The notes under the pieces are model-generated. The model was not told the origin of the DNA and did no database searches. It was given only the letters and a program-made list of their open reading frames with translations. The position numbers and the translations under genes were made by a program. From Verrucomicrobiota bacterium (GTDB lineage Bacteria; Verrucomicrobiota; Verrucomicrobiia; Limisphaerales; CANJXF01), in the NCBI GenBank assembly GCA_038214755.1, contig JBBQRQ010000009.1, positions 1 through 64,000 of the forward strand: a stretch of DNA of 64,000 nt. Direction: 5' to 3'. The stretch's first letter is position 1, and each line of letters begins with the position of its first letter. Shown here in pieces: positions 1 to 10,360 of the stretch.

Positions 1-52
1 CGCACAGAGTGACGCGCCCTACCTTTTCGTTACCCGTCTTCATGCGTAGTTA

Positions 53-865
53 TTACGGGACCGACTTTTGTTTCTTCGGAACAAATGCTTCAACTCGGCG
101 TTGACCTTCTGAAAGTTGTCCGCTCGACATGCTCTGTTTCAGATCATCCCGCGCTTTTACGGCATCCGGCTCACCTTGGGCGCCAGCGAGACTTAACCAC
201 TTGTATGCTTCGACGGGATCCTTCGGGACCCCTTGTCCAGCCAGCGAGCGCCGGCCAAGATTATATTGGGCTAAACTATCTCCTTGTTCGGCGGCCTTCG
301 TGTACCATTTAACCGCTTCATGGTCATTCGCATTGACGCCGCGTCCAGCGGTGAACATGGCGGCAAGGCTGTACTGTGCGTTCACATCTCCTTGTTCCGC
401 CGCGCGCTGAAACCACATTGCCGCTTCACTTTCATCCCGCGGCACGCCTTGGCCCGCCTCGTAAAGTTGAGCTAAATGAGTTTGCGCGCCAGCATCGCCC
501 TGGTCAGCGGATGATCGGTACCATTTGGCGGCTTCCTTGTAATTCTGTGGAGCGCCGTTTCCCTTGGAATAAATCTCTCCGAGCAAATTCTGCGCGTTGG
601 CATCCCCGCCTTCGGCTTTGATCTTGGTTTCCTGGAAGTTTGCGGACGAAGTCGGCGCGGGACTTGGAGGGGGAGAAGTAGGTGCTTCACCCGTTCGTAT
701 GAATCTTGCCGCAGTCAAACCGACCGCCACACAGATTAAGACCAGCACGATAATTTTAGTCGGCGTGGACGAGTTGGTCCCCGATCGTTTCGCTCCGCAA
801 GTCGGACAAATCGCAAGACCGTTGCTAATTTCGCCGCCGCATTTTCCGCATTTCGTTAAAGCCAT
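53..865 (-). CDS. Sel1-like repeat protein with N-terminal zinc ribbon and one transmembrane helix
   Basis: CGKC..CPTC ribbon, hydrophobic IIVLVLICVAVGL, repeated A(Q)xxLGxxYxxGxGVxxDxxEAxKWYxxAAEQG. Confidence 0.9.
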   Translation of the reverse strand: MALTKCGKCGGEISNGLAICPTCGAKRSGTNSSTPTKIIVLVLICVAVGLTAARFIRTGEAPTSPPPSPAPTSSANFQETKIKAEGGDANAQNLLGEIYSKGNGAPQNYKEAAKWYRSSADQGDAGAQTHLAQLYEAGQGVPRDESEAAMWFQRAAEQGDVNAQYSLAAMFTAGRGVNANDHEAVKWYTKAAEQGDSLAQYNLGRRSLAGQGVPKDPVEAYKWLSLAGAQGEPDAVKARDDLKQSMSSGQLSEGQRRVEAFVPKKQKSVP

Positions 866-979
866 AAATTTGCTTCGTTGGTTTTAGCCCCCGCTGGATT
901 TTCGTCCAGATAAATCCGCTTCCGCGAGAAGAGACTGGGTCAGGAGTGTGATTCAAACTGGCGGTCAAGTTGGTCAGTT

Positions 980-1130
980 GTAGCGCAGGATTGCATCCTG
1001 CCGTATCGCAGGTTTTCAACCTGCGCGACGCCCCCAGAACGCGAGACTCTCGAAAACTAAAGACTTTCTCTATTGGCAACGTTCAGCCGGTTTCAAACCG
1101 GCGATACAGCAGGATGCAATCCTGCGCTAC
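980..1130. repeat. GTAG-type REP-like inverted repeat
   Basis: gtagcgcaggattgcatcctgc (980-1001) is the exact reverse complement of gcaggatgcaatcctgcgctac (1109-1130). Confidence 0.85.
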
Positions 1131-1265
1131 GAAGATTCTTCCCGATATAAATTTGTTGTATAATTTTCTTCCCTTCGTAAAAATGGGGGGGTATTAAAGT
1201 GAAATCAATCAGCGAAATTCAAGCTCAACGTTAACCGGAAGTTTTTACCAACCGCCATTAACCAA

Positions 1266-2132
1266 ATGAAAACTAAAATCGTTACGCGTCGATCTCTCCT
1301 TTGGCGGATCTCCACCAGCCAGACGCGTTCTGCTGGGACAGGTTTTACTCTGATTGAGTTGTTAGTCGTAATAGCTATCATCGCTATACTCGCGGGCCTT
1401 TTGCTACCCGCATTGGCGAAAGCCAAGGATAAAGCGAAAGCAGCCCAGTGCATGAGCAATCTCCATCAAATTGGGATAGCTGCAATCCTTTATGGCGATG
1501 ACTCTAACAACAGCTTTTTTCACACCGGCGGTGGGGGGTTTCCTAATAGTGGGCAATGGACGGCCAGTCCACGCTCTGACGTTCTTCTTCCTGCCGATCA
1601 TTCGGACGCTTATTGGGCGATTGGCTATTATAAATATTTTGCCGGCAATCGGAAACTCTTCCGATGTCCAAGCAGCATTCACCCGGACGAATGGCACGAT
1701 ACTGGATTGTATTACCCCACCGAGTTTTGGTTGAATTCAACTTACGGAATGCATGGGGTCCTTCTGCAAGGAATTGATTCAACTGAACCAGCAGTCAAGA
1801 AAATCACTTACTATAAGACTCCCGCGGCGACGATTTTTTGCCAGGACGCCGCTGAGCAGCGGATGGATGGCGGGAGCGACAGCCTCAGTACTTTTGACGA
1901 CAACTACGGTAGAATTCTGACGCAATGGATAGGGGGCAGTGCTCCGACGAGTTATGGTGGCTTGGCCGACCTATACGGCGGTTACCATTTTGAGAATGAG
2001 TGGTATCGTCATGGGAAAGGGTGTCAGACAGTGTGGGTCGATGGCCATGTGTCTCGTATTCGTTTTACAGGATACAGCGGAGGGATCGACCGTCGCTATT
2101 ATACCGGTCAAACTGTTCTGAAACCTTTCTGA
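1266..2132 (+). CDS. Prepilin-type N-terminal cleavage/methylation protein with C-terminal H-X9-DG motif
   Basis: [45 protein letters not shown]. Confidence 0.9.
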   Translation: MKTKIVTRRSLLWRISTSQTRSAGTGFTLIELLVVIAIIAILAGLLLPALAKAKDKAKAAQCMSNLHQIGIAAILYGDDSNNSFFHTGGGGFPNSGQWTASPRSDVLLPADHSDAYWAIGYYKYFAGNRKLFRCPSSIHPDEWHDTGLYYPTEFWLNSTYGMHGVLLQGIDSTEPAVKKITYYKTPAATIFCQDAAEQRMDGGSDSLSTFDDNYGRILTQWIGGSAPTSYGGLADLYGGYHFENEWYRHGKGCQTVWVDGHVSRIRFTGYSGGIDRRYYTGQTVLKPF

Positions 2133-2147
2133 GGGTCGCTAAGCTTT

Positions 2148-2543
2148 GTGGTTAATATCATGAGACATTTTTTAATGCAGAAGGTTAGCTTCGTTGTGCT
2201 TTTCATTCTGTTGGTCACCTTTGGTTGCAGTAAAAAAGACATAGCGCCGCCCGAGCCATTAGCGGTGGACCAGTTACCCTCTGCCATGGGAAAAGCCTTC
2301 AGCAACGCCAAACCGCCGGTTAAGGATTTGGCGACGCAGGTTGTTTCGTCGGTGCAAGCTCAGGACTATTCCAAGGCCTTCATGGATGTTCAAAATCTTT
2401 CCGCCACTCCCGGACTCTCCAAAGAACAATCAGCCGTCACGACCCGCGCGATGATGACCATCAATGATCTGATGAAGTCGGCCATCGCCAAAGGAGACCC
2501 CAAATCGGCGGCCGCTCTCAAACATTATCAAATGACCAAATAA
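2148..2543 (+). CDS. Small putative lipoprotein (start may be 2160 or 2175)
   Basis: Hydrophobic stretch then lipobox-like TFGC; helical soluble domain. Confidence 0.7.
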   Translation: MVNIMRHFLMQKVSFVVLFILLVTFGCSKKDIAPPEPLAVDQLPSAMGKAFSNAKPPVKDLATQVVSSVQAQDYSKAFMDVQNLSATPGLSKEQSAVTTRAMMTINDLMKSAIAKGDPKSAAALKHYQMTK

Positions 2544-2598
2544 AAAAGCTTCCCGGACCTAACCAGTTTCAGTAAACGAAAACCAAACCAGTAAACCT

Positions 2599-5500
2599 AT
2601 GAGAACAATAACCAAACTCCTCGCCCTGTCCGCAATCGGCCTGCTCGCCTTTGTGTCCGCTTCAAAACTCCAAGCCCAAGCCGTGGGCCAATGGGACTTT
2701 AACAGCAGCAACCTTACGGCTACGGTTGGCGCCACCCTTGGCGATATGACCTACAACGATGGCACCACCGCCGCTGTCACCCAATTCGGCACGACCACCG
2801 GATTAGGTATCTCGAACATACTAGGCACTAATGCCATCGTTATGGGATTTCCCGCCGCCACGAATGGAATGGGCTACCAGGTTCCCACGCCTCCGGCGAA
2901 TGGCGGCGGCTCTACTACGGTCAACCAATACACCTATATACTGGATGTGTATTATCCCACGGCTTCGAGTGGAAAAATCCGCCCGCTGATTCGAACCTAT
3001 GCTTCGGGCGGCACCGAGGAATATATCGTTATTGACGCCACCGGTGCCATCGGTCCCGCCGTCGTTGGCTCCGGTGGGGTGACTAGTCCGGGTGTCGGCA
3101 ATCTCCTACCCAATACCTGGTATCGTATTGCTATCTCCGTCACAGCCGGAGGAACGATTCGAGTTTATACGAATGGTGTCGCGGTCGGTTCATTTGGAGG
3201 TGACTTAGTGGACAGATACTTCGCGTTGACCGCTAATTCCACTGCTTTAGTTCTCGGGACGACCAGCACCAATGCAGCTTTGGGCTATGTGAACAGTATT
3301 CAGTTGCGCGATTCTGTCTTGAGTGCAGGACAAATCGCGGCGCTCGGCGCGGCTTCTGCCCCGGGCATTCCACTCGTCATCCCTCCCGTGCCTTCCTTTA
3401 TCGCTTCGCGCTCTCCTGATGTCGCCCAGACGGGTGTTTCCCAGGCTCCCGCAATTAATATCGTGCTCGACCAGGGCGATACGACGGTTAGCAGTGGAAC
3501 GATTCAACTCAGGCTGGATGGAGTCATCGTGCCCGCAACGGTGACACCAACCCCTCCCACCTATACCATCGCTTATACCGTGACTAACCGATTGGATCCG
3601 CTTTCGGTCCATACTCTGGTCTTAACCTATTCAGACAGCGTGGCAGGAAGCAAGACCAACACGTGGACCTTCACCGTCAAAGATTATCAAGTAGTCACGC
3701 TGCCGACGCCGTTTTACTTCGAGAATTTTGAGTCGCTTACCGAAAATCCCACCAATGGAATTGCTTTGCCAGCCGGTTGGACCGTCCAAAACCAGACGGG
3801 GGCAGACCAGCCCGGTCTCGATTTGGCCAACCTAAGATCCGACACGTATAAGGATTGGGCCCTTGTATCCGCCACCCGGATTGGCGGTTTCGACGCGAAC
3901 AAAACAAATACTCCAACAATCATCCTCAACGGAGTGGAACTCTCGGGTTTGGCGAGTGGTAACTTGATGTATGCTGAATCCGATTCGCGCGGCGGCAATC
4001 CCGGTGAATATCAGGAATTATACACGGCAAATATTAACTGCACAGGCCGTTCTAATGTTTTTGTTGCCTGGAACAGCCTCTACATGCAAAACCAGGATAA
4101 TATGGATCTCTGTGAATACTCGGTCGATAACGGAGCCAACTGGCTGCCTGTCATTTACTACTTGCAGTTTCCAGGAGACGCTCAGTCAGCCGAACCTGAC
4201 ATAAGATATACCAATGGTATGATTGATTGCTGTTCCCCCCGCCAGTATGTCAACGTCACCAATTATGTGGCCAACTCCGGCGGAACTTTTAATCGCATCG
4301 ACGACAACCGGAACTGGTCGCCGGACATTCCCACTCATGCGACCAACTATGGTATCTATGTCAAAGCGCCGATCAACTCCAGTATTAATTCTTACGTTAA
4401 AGCCAGAATTAATGACGACACGTTGGATGGCAAGCGAATCGAAGTCGTGCGGCTCCCGGCGGCGGATAACGCGGCGACCGTGAAGTTCCGGTTCCTGAAC
4501 ACGGGCACGGCTTCCTGGTTTTGGGGCATAGATAATCTCGGTCTTTACGAGATCAACACTCCGGTGATCTCAACCCATCCGGCCAGCCTGACTATCGCCG
4601 CAGGCACCGGCACCAACCTAAGCGTTGTAGCGTCGAGTCCCTCGCCCCTGAGCTATCAATGGCAACATGCCGGGACAAATATCTCCAACGGCGGCCATTA
4701 TTCGGGTGTCACTAACGCTACATTAACTTTGTCCAACGTCGATACCAATGACGCCGGCGCATATAGAGTAAAAGTGAGCAACAGCAGCGGGTTCGTGTTC
4801 AGCAATCCTGGAATACTTACGGTGGTGACAATCCCAACGGTTATCACCCAGCCAATTTCTGCTGTCGTCAGCGCGGGCTACCCTGCTTCCTTTAGCGCGC
4901 TTGGATTTGGCGGGTTGCCTCTGTCTTATCAATGGTTGCGGAACGGCTCGCCCGTAGGAGGAGCCACCGGCACGAACTTAAGTTTCGCAAGCACCGACGC
5001 GACCAATACGGGTAACTACACCGTTGTTATCACCAACAGTTATGGATCCGTCACCAGCAGAGTGGCCCGCCTCACGGTGGTCACCGTCCCGGTCACGAAC
5101 AACCTCGTCGTCTATCTGAAGTTCGATGGCAACTACAACGATTCTTCCGGTCGTGGTAATAATGCAACGCCTGTCGGTTCGCCGACCTTTGTCGCCGGCA
5201 AGATCGGGAATGCCATGCAGTATACCGACGGCGATAGCGGGTCTTCGATAAATTATGTAACCTTGGATAATCCGGTTGGAACTCATCCAACAGACTTGCG
5301 AATGGTGGCGGATGTTTCTTTCTCAATCTCTTTCTGGTATAAGGTCCCTGTTGGTAATCGGCACGGCGACCCGGCAATCGTGGCAAACAAGGACTGGGAC
5401 AGTGGATCCAATGATGGGTTCTCGATATTTAACAGTGGTTCTGGACTGCAATGGAACTATACCGAAGTGAATGATGGGATTAATCTCAACACTCGCAAAG

Positions 5501-6099
5501 ATTCAGGCGGCACCAGCCCGGGTATTGAGGACGGCAATTGGCATCATTGCCTGGTCGTCTTCGATCGTGGAGCAAATGGAGACACCTACGTGGATGGTAA
5601 CCTGGTAAAAACTTTGCCACTTGCCACGCCTTCTCCTGGCGGTTTCTATGCACCCACCACCATCGACAATGACCCGCCGGTGGTCCGAACGCGCACGGCA
5701 ACCGGCGCGTGGAACATTGGCACAGACGGCAGTGGCTTGTACTCGACGGTAGGAGGTGGACATGACGGGCCGGGTATCAGCGTCACGAATGCCATGATTG
5801 ATGATGTGGGCGTCTGGCGGCGCGCCATCTCGCCGCAAGAAGCATTGGCCATTTACAATGGCGGGAATGCTGGACAGACCTTGGCTCAAGCGGTCGTGCC
5901 TTTAAGTAAACTGACCATTTCCCTATCAGGTGGAAACGTTAACTTCAGTTGGGCGGGCGGGACTGGTATCAGGTTGCAAAAGAAGACCGGTTCTATAGTA
6001 GGTGGAACGTGGACTGACATCATTAGCACCCTCGGTAACAGCACCCATAGCGAAGCCATTACTGCTACTCCAACCTTCTACCGACTCTTCAAGCCGTAA
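2599..6099 (+). CDS. Large secreted LamG/ConA-like plus Ig-domain protein with C-terminal FYR domain
   Basis: Signal peptide; WYRIAISV and WHHCLVVF..IDDVGVWRRA LamG motifs; two LSYQW Ig domains; ends TFYRLFKP. Confidence 0.85.
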   Translation: MRTITKLLALSAIGLLAFVSASKLQAQAVGQWDFNSSNLTATVGATLGDMTYNDGTTAAVTQFGTTTGLGISNILGTNAIVMGFPAATNGMGYQVPTPPANGGGSTTVNQYTYILDVYYPTASSGKIRPLIRTYASGGTEEYIVIDATGAIGPAVVGSGGVTSPGVGNLLPNTWYRIAISVTAGGTIRVYTNGVAVGSFGGDLVDRYFALTANSTALVLGTTSTNAALGYVNSIQLRDSVLSAGQIAALGAASAPGIPLVIPPVPSFIASRSPDVAQTGVSQAPAINIVLDQGDTTVSSGTIQLRLDGVIVPATVTPTPPTYTIAYTVTNRLDPLSVHTLVLTYSDSVAGSKTNTWTFTVKDYQVVTLPTPFYFENFESLTENPTNGIALPAGWTVQNQTGADQPGLDLANLRSDTYKDWALVSATRIGGFDANKTNTPTIILNGVELSGLASGNLMYAESDSRGGNPGEYQELYTANINCTGRSNVFVAWNSLYMQNQDNMDLCEYSVDNGANWLPVIYYLQFPGDAQSAEPDIRYTNGMIDCCSPRQYVNVTNYVANSGGTFNRIDDNRNWSPDIPTHATNYGIYVKAPINSSINSYVKARINDDTLDGKRIEVVRLPAADNAATVKFRFLNTGTASWFWGIDNLGLYEINTPVISTHPASLTIAAGTGTNLSVVASSPSPLSYQWQHAGTNISNGGHYSGVTNATLTLSNVDTNDAGAYRVKVSNSSGFVFSNPGILTVVTIPTVITQPISAVVSAGYPASFSALGFGGLPLSYQWLRNGSPVGGATGTNLSFASTDATNTGNYTVVITNSYGSVTSRVARLTVVTVPVTNNLVVYLKFDGNYNDSSGRGNNATPVGSPTFVAGKIGNAMQYTDGDSGSSINYVTLDNPVGTHPTDLRMVADVSFSISFWYKVPVGNRHGDPAIVANKDWDSGSNDGFSIFNSGSGLQWNYTEVNDGINLNTRKDSGGTSPGIEDGNWHHCLVVFDRGANGDTYVDGNLVKTLPLATPSPGGFYAPTTIDNDPPVVRTRTATGAWNIGTDGSGLYSTVGGGHDGPGISVTNAMIDDVGVWRRAISPQEALAIYNGGNAGQTLAQAVVPLSKLTISLSGGNVNFSWAGGTGIRLQKKTGSIVGGTWTDIISTLGNSTHSEAITATPTFYRLFKP

Positions 6100-6117
6100 C
6101 TACGGCGGTACTCAAAT

Positions 6118-6154
6118 GGGGGTCTGGTTGCTTTGGCAACCGGGCCCCTTTTTT
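6118..6154 (+). terminator. Intrinsic terminator
   Basis: ggggtctggttgc / gcaaccgggcccc stem followed by a T run. Confidence 0.7.
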
Positions 6155-6186
6155 AATCCGGCTTTTGCGAGCAAGCTGACCTTCCA

Positions 6187-7305
6187 ATGAGAATCCTTAT
6201 CGTAGGCGCAGGCATTTTGGGATTGGGACACGCCTGGGCTGCGGCGAGACGGGGTCATCAGGTAACGGTATTGGAACGAACCGCTCGGGCGGAAGGAGCT
6301 TCCATTCGTAACTTCGGCATGATCTGGCCGATCGGTCAACCGCCCGGAGAACGGCTTTCCACCGCGATGCGCTCGCGCGAGTTGTGGCTGGAATTTATCA
6401 AAGCCTCGGGGATTTTCCACCGTCTGGCCGGCTCGATTCATCTGGTGACAGAGGTGGATGAATTGGCGGTGCTGGAAGAGTTCGCGGCTCAAGCATGCGC
6501 CAATGGATACTCGGGACGATTGCTGACAAAAGAAGAAGCATTGGAAATGAGTCCGGCTGCTCGCGCCGACAAAGTGCGCGGCGGTTTTTTCAGTCCAACC
6601 GAAATCGGCGTTGATCCTCCGCAAGCGATGCAAGCACTCGCCGCGTGGCTCACAGAAAAGTTGGGCGTGAGTGTGCGGTGGAAGCAACCTGTCATAGAGG
6701 TTGGGAGCGGTTGGGCAAGAACGGCGCAGCAAAAGCGGTTTGAGGCAGACCTTATTATTATCTGCGGCGGTCAAGATTTGCAGTCACTCTTTCCCGAAGT
6801 GTATGTCAACTCAGGAATTCGCCGTTGCAAACTTCAAATGCTTTCGACGCAACCTCAACCCGGCGGCTGGCGGCTCGGCCCGATGATCGCGAGCGGGTTG
6901 ACTCTTCGCCACTACGAAGCCTTCTCGATATGCTCATCCTTGCAGACCCTCAAAAATCGAGTGACTCATGAAACGCCTGAATTGGATCGTTATGGTATCC
7001 ATGTCATGGCCGCACAGCACGCCAACGGTGAATTGATCCTGGGTGACTCCCATGAATACGACGACGCTATTTCGCCTTTTGATCGGGAGGAAATTGACGC
7101 GCTGGTCTTGCGTGAGTTGCGCCGGTTTGTTTCCTTTCCCGACTGGACAATTTCGCGGCGATGGCAGGGCATCTACGCCAAGCATCCCACCTTGATGCAG
7201 TTCGAGGCGCGGCCCCTTCCCAATGTCTTCGTCTTCACCGCGCCCGGAGGTTCGGGCATGACGATGGGATTCGGGTTAGCCGACAAATTTTGGAATTCGC
7301 TGTGA
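6187..7305 (+). CDS. FAD-dependent amine oxidoreductase, TIGR03364-like (phosphonate-associated)
   Basis: IVGAGILG Rossmann motif, GASIRNFGMIW, GDSHEY, GGSGMT; adjacent to phnA/phnY. Confidence 0.85.
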   Translation: MRILIVGAGILGLGHAWAAARRGHQVTVLERTARAEGASIRNFGMIWPIGQPPGERLSTAMRSRELWLEFIKASGIFHRLAGSIHLVTEVDELAVLEEFAAQACANGYSGRLLTKEEALEMSPAARADKVRGGFFSPTEIGVDPPQAMQALAAWLTEKLGVSVRWKQPVIEVGSGWARTAQQKRFEADLIIICGGQDLQSLFPEVYVNSGIRRCKLQMLSTQPQPGGWRLGPMIASGLTLRHYEAFSICSSLQTLKNRVTHETPELDRYGIHVMAAQHANGELILGDSHEYDDAISPFDREEIDALVLRELRRFVSFPDWTISRRWQGIYAKHPTLMQFEARPLPNVFVFTAPGGSGMTMGFGLADKFWNSL

Positions 7306-7330
7306 GAGCCTCGTTGACAACGAGGCTCTC

Positions 7331-7530
7331 GTAGCCGCCGACGTGAGGAGAAACGCCTCGGCCTGCCACCGGGCATCGCGGCCACGACGCCGGAACGCCG
7401 ATCTCCTGATCGGCTCGGAGGAAATGCTGCCAGCACCGGGCCGATCAGGAGATCGGCGTTCCGGCGACATGGATAGGCGGACGATTGGCTATGTTCGTCG
7501 CAAAATCCGCCTCCTTACGTCGGCGGCTAC
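7331..7530. repeat. Nested REP-like inverted repeats
   Basis: Outer arms gtagccgccgacgtgaggag / ctccttacgtcggcggctac; inner arms 7390-7414 / 7440-7464 (ccggaacgccgatctcctgatcggc and its reverse complement). Confidence 0.85.
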
Positions 7531-7679
7531 TTTTGAATCGGCTTTGAAAAAGGCTTCCATTACCTTTCTCCTTCCATTCGCATCAATGCTTCGATTAGTT
7601 TTATCCCCAGCAGTTCAGCGTTTCAATTCATGAAATTTTTGTTCGATCAAATCCGTCCTGCAATCGTTCGTCGCGCAAG

Positions 7680-8927
7680 ATGAAATCCGCGTTCTCTACC
7701 CAGTCCTTCACGGTGAATGGCCGAACCTACACACCGCCCGCGCGCCCGGTGGTTGCCATCTGTCTGGATGGATCCTCCGATGAATATCTCAATGCCGCCC
7801 TGGTGCGGGGTTTGATGCCCAACTTGCAGAAGATGATCTTGAACGGATTCCGCGGCCTTGCTCGCGGCGCTCTACCTTCCTTCACCAATGTCAACAATGC
7901 TTCTCTCATCACCGGTGTTTTACCTTCCGTCCATGGAATCAGCGGAAATTTTTTTTATGATACGGCCAGCGGTCAGGAGGTCATGATGAATTCTGCCAAA
8001 TATCTTCGCGCCGATACGATCCCATCGGTTGCTAGTCCAGCGGGTAGGAGAGTGGCGATGATTACGGCTAAGGAAAAATTAAGGGAGATTCTTGGGCACG
8101 GTTTAAAGGGGATTGCCTTTTCCGCAGAGAAGGCAGCAGACGCAAGATGCGAGACTCATGGAATCGAAGGAGTCGAGAACATGGTAGGACGACCAGCGCC
8201 TCCCATCTATAGCGCCGAGATCAGTCTATATGTTTTGCAAGCGGGCGTCGCTTTACTTCGCCAGAACGCGGCCGATTTTCTTTATCTTTCAACTACCGAT
8301 TATATGCAGCACGCCTATGGGCCGGACCGTCCAGAGGCTCTTGCGTTCTATCATGAGATTGATCAGGAGCTAGGGCACCTCCTGGAACTCGACGCGGTAA
8401 TTGGTCTTACCGCCGACCACGGAATGAATGCCAAACAAAAAGCCAATGGCGAACCCAATGTGCTCTATTTGGAAACAATGTTGGATGCGCAATTTGGCCG
8501 GGGGTTCCGGGTGATTCTTCCTATCACCGATCCGTACGTCGCGCATCACGGTGCTCTGGGATCGTTTGCGTGCGTGTATGATGGTGTAGGAAAAAATGGG
8601 GATGAGGTGGGACGCTGGCTGGCAGGGCAACCTGGAATTACCGAGGTTTACGACCGGGCCAATGCAGATCGTCATTTGGAGTTACCTGAGGACCGCATCG
8701 GTGATTGGGTTGTTCTCTCGGGACGCGACGTCGTTATAGGACGGACGCCAGCCTATCATGATCTCAAGGCGCTGCACGGTGGACTTCGCTCTCATGGCGG
8801 CCGTTATGAGGAGATGGTTCCTTTTATTATTTCTCATCCCTTGAAAGAAACCTACGCAGCGCGAGCGGCGGGCGATCCTCGCAACTTTGACCTGTTTGAC
8901 TTTTTGATGAACGGAACAATCACGTGA
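7680..8927 (+). CDS. phnA: Phosphonoacetate hydrolase
   Basis: ICLDG, PSFTNVNNAS, YLSTTDYMQH, TADHGMN, LRSHGG alkaline-phosphatase-superfamily motifs typical of PhnA. Confidence 0.92.
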   Translation: MKSAFSTQSFTVNGRTYTPPARPVVAICLDGSSDEYLNAALVRGLMPNLQKMILNGFRGLARGALPSFTNVNNASLITGVLPSVHGISGNFFYDTASGQEVMMNSAKYLRADTIPSVASPAGRRVAMITAKEKLREILGHGLKGIAFSAEKAADARCETHGIEGVENMVGRPAPPIYSAEISLYVLQAGVALLRQNAADFLYLSTTDYMQHAYGPDRPEALAFYHEIDQELGHLLELDAVIGLTADHGMNAKQKANGEPNVLYLETMLDAQFGRGFRVILPITDPYVAHHGALGSFACVYDGVGKNGDEVGRWLAGQPGITEVYDRANADRHLELPEDRIGDWVVLSGRDVVIGRTPAYHDLKALHGGLRSHGGRYEEMVPFIISHPLKETYAARAAGDPRNFDLFDFLMNGTIT

Positions 8928-10357
8928 ACTCTCAACCCGAACAACTCAACCTCCAGTGTTACGTCGCAGGAAAAAAAATTAGTTCTACCCGATTTCTTAC
9001 CGTGCGGAATCCTTATGACGGACGAGAGGTAGGACGGGTCGCTATGGCGGGATTAGGGCATACCGAGCAGGCGATCTTGTTGACGCGCGCAGGCAAGGAA
9101 GAACTAACACGGTTTCAACGTTCAGAAATTCTGGATCGTGCCCGGCAACTTTTAGAACAACGCCATGAATCCTTTGCGCAACTCATCACGGCAGAATCCG
9201 GACTCTGCATCCGCGAAACTCGATACGAAGTAAGGCGCGCGCTGGATGTGCTTCGGTTCGCGGCGATGGAAGCGTTGCGGGACGATGGGCAAGTATTCTC
9301 GTGCGACATTTCACCGAATGGAAAGTCCCGCAAAATTTTTTCGCAGCGTGAACCTCTTTCATTGGTCGTAGCGATTACCCCGTTCAACCACCCACTTAAC
9401 CAGGTGGCACACAAACTGGCTCCGGCCATTGCCGCGGGTTCTCCCGTGATTCTCAAGCCATCGGAAAAGACTCCACTCACCGCCTTAAAATTCGCGGAGC
9501 TACTTTTTGAAGCAGGTCTGCCGGGTTCCATGCTCAGTGTTCTACTTGGGCCGACCGAGGAGGTCGCGATTCCGCTGGCGCAGGATGCGCGAGTCGAACT
9601 GGTCACCTTCACCGGAAGCGTCGCAGTAGGGAAGCGGTTGGCTACAACCGTCGGCTACAAACGTTTGGTGCTTGAGTTGGGCGGGAACGATCCATTGATT
9701 GTCCTGGAGGATGCGGACCTCGACCTGGCGGTGCGATTGGCTGCTGAGGGTTCTTTCCGTAACTCCGGACAACGATGCACCGCAGTGAAAAGAATTTTAG
9801 TTCAGGAATCAATTCGAGCGAAGTTTATTGAAGGCTTGGTTCAGCTAACCCAGACCTACAAGTGTGGTAATCCTGCCGATCCTGCAACCTATGTCGGTAC
9901 TGTCATTGACGAAGCAGCGGCCATCCATCTCCAAGGCCTGGTGAAAAAGGTAGTTGCGTCCGGAGCCAAAGTGCTATGCGGCGGAGAACGACAAGGCGCT
10001 TTACTCGCACCTACTGTCATTACTGAAGTCCCGCGCGATTCCGAAATGGTAGTCTGCGAGTCGTTCGGCCCATTGGCCCCGGTCTTGGGCGTTGCTGATT
10101 TGGATGATGCCATTGAGGTGGCTAACTCGACTGCCTACGGCCTTTCTGCCGGTGTAGTAACCAATAACCTGGCCTTGGCTACCAGGGCGATCAAAAGACT
10201 TCGCGTCGGCACGGTGAACATCAATGAAGTTCCCGGGTATCGAATAGAAAATTCGCCGTTCGGCGGAATAAAAGATTCAGGCCTCGGAGTCAAAGAAGGA
10301 GTCATCGAAGCTATGAAGTTAATGAGCACAGTAAAAACCTTCTCTATACCCTGGTAG
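8924..10357 (+). CDS. phnY: Phosphonoacetaldehyde dehydrogenase
   Basis: ALDH motifs ITPFNHPLN, LELGGND, GQRCTA, ESFGP; 4-nt overlap with phnA. Confidence 0.9.
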   Translation: MNSQPEQLNLQCYVAGKKISSTRFLTVRNPYDGREVGRVAMAGLGHTEQAILLTRAGKEELTRFQRSEILDRARQLLEQRHESFAQLITAESGLCIRETRYEVRRALDVLRFAAMEALRDDGQVFSCDISPNGKSRKIFSQREPLSLVVAITPFNHPLNQVAHKLAPAIAAGSPVILKPSEKTPLTALKFAELLFEAGLPGSMLSVLLGPTEEVAIPLAQDARVELVTFTGSVAVGKRLATTVGYKRLVLELGGNDPLIVLEDADLDLAVRLAAEGSFRNSGQRCTAVKRILVQESIRAKFIEGLVQLTQTYKCGNPADPATYVGTVIDEAAAIHLQGLVKKVVASGAKVLCGGERQGALLAPTVITEVPRDSEMVVCESFGPLAPVLGVADLDDAIEVANSTAYGLSAGVVTNNLALATRAIKRLRVGTVNINEVPGYRIENSPFGGIKDSGLGVKEGVIEAMKLMSTVKTFSIPW

Positions 10358-10360
10358 AAG

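Noticed and set aside
1140..1265. Pho box upstream of the pilin triad and phn genes
   Set aside because: No convincing 11-bp-spaced CTGTCAT-like direct repeats here or before phnA
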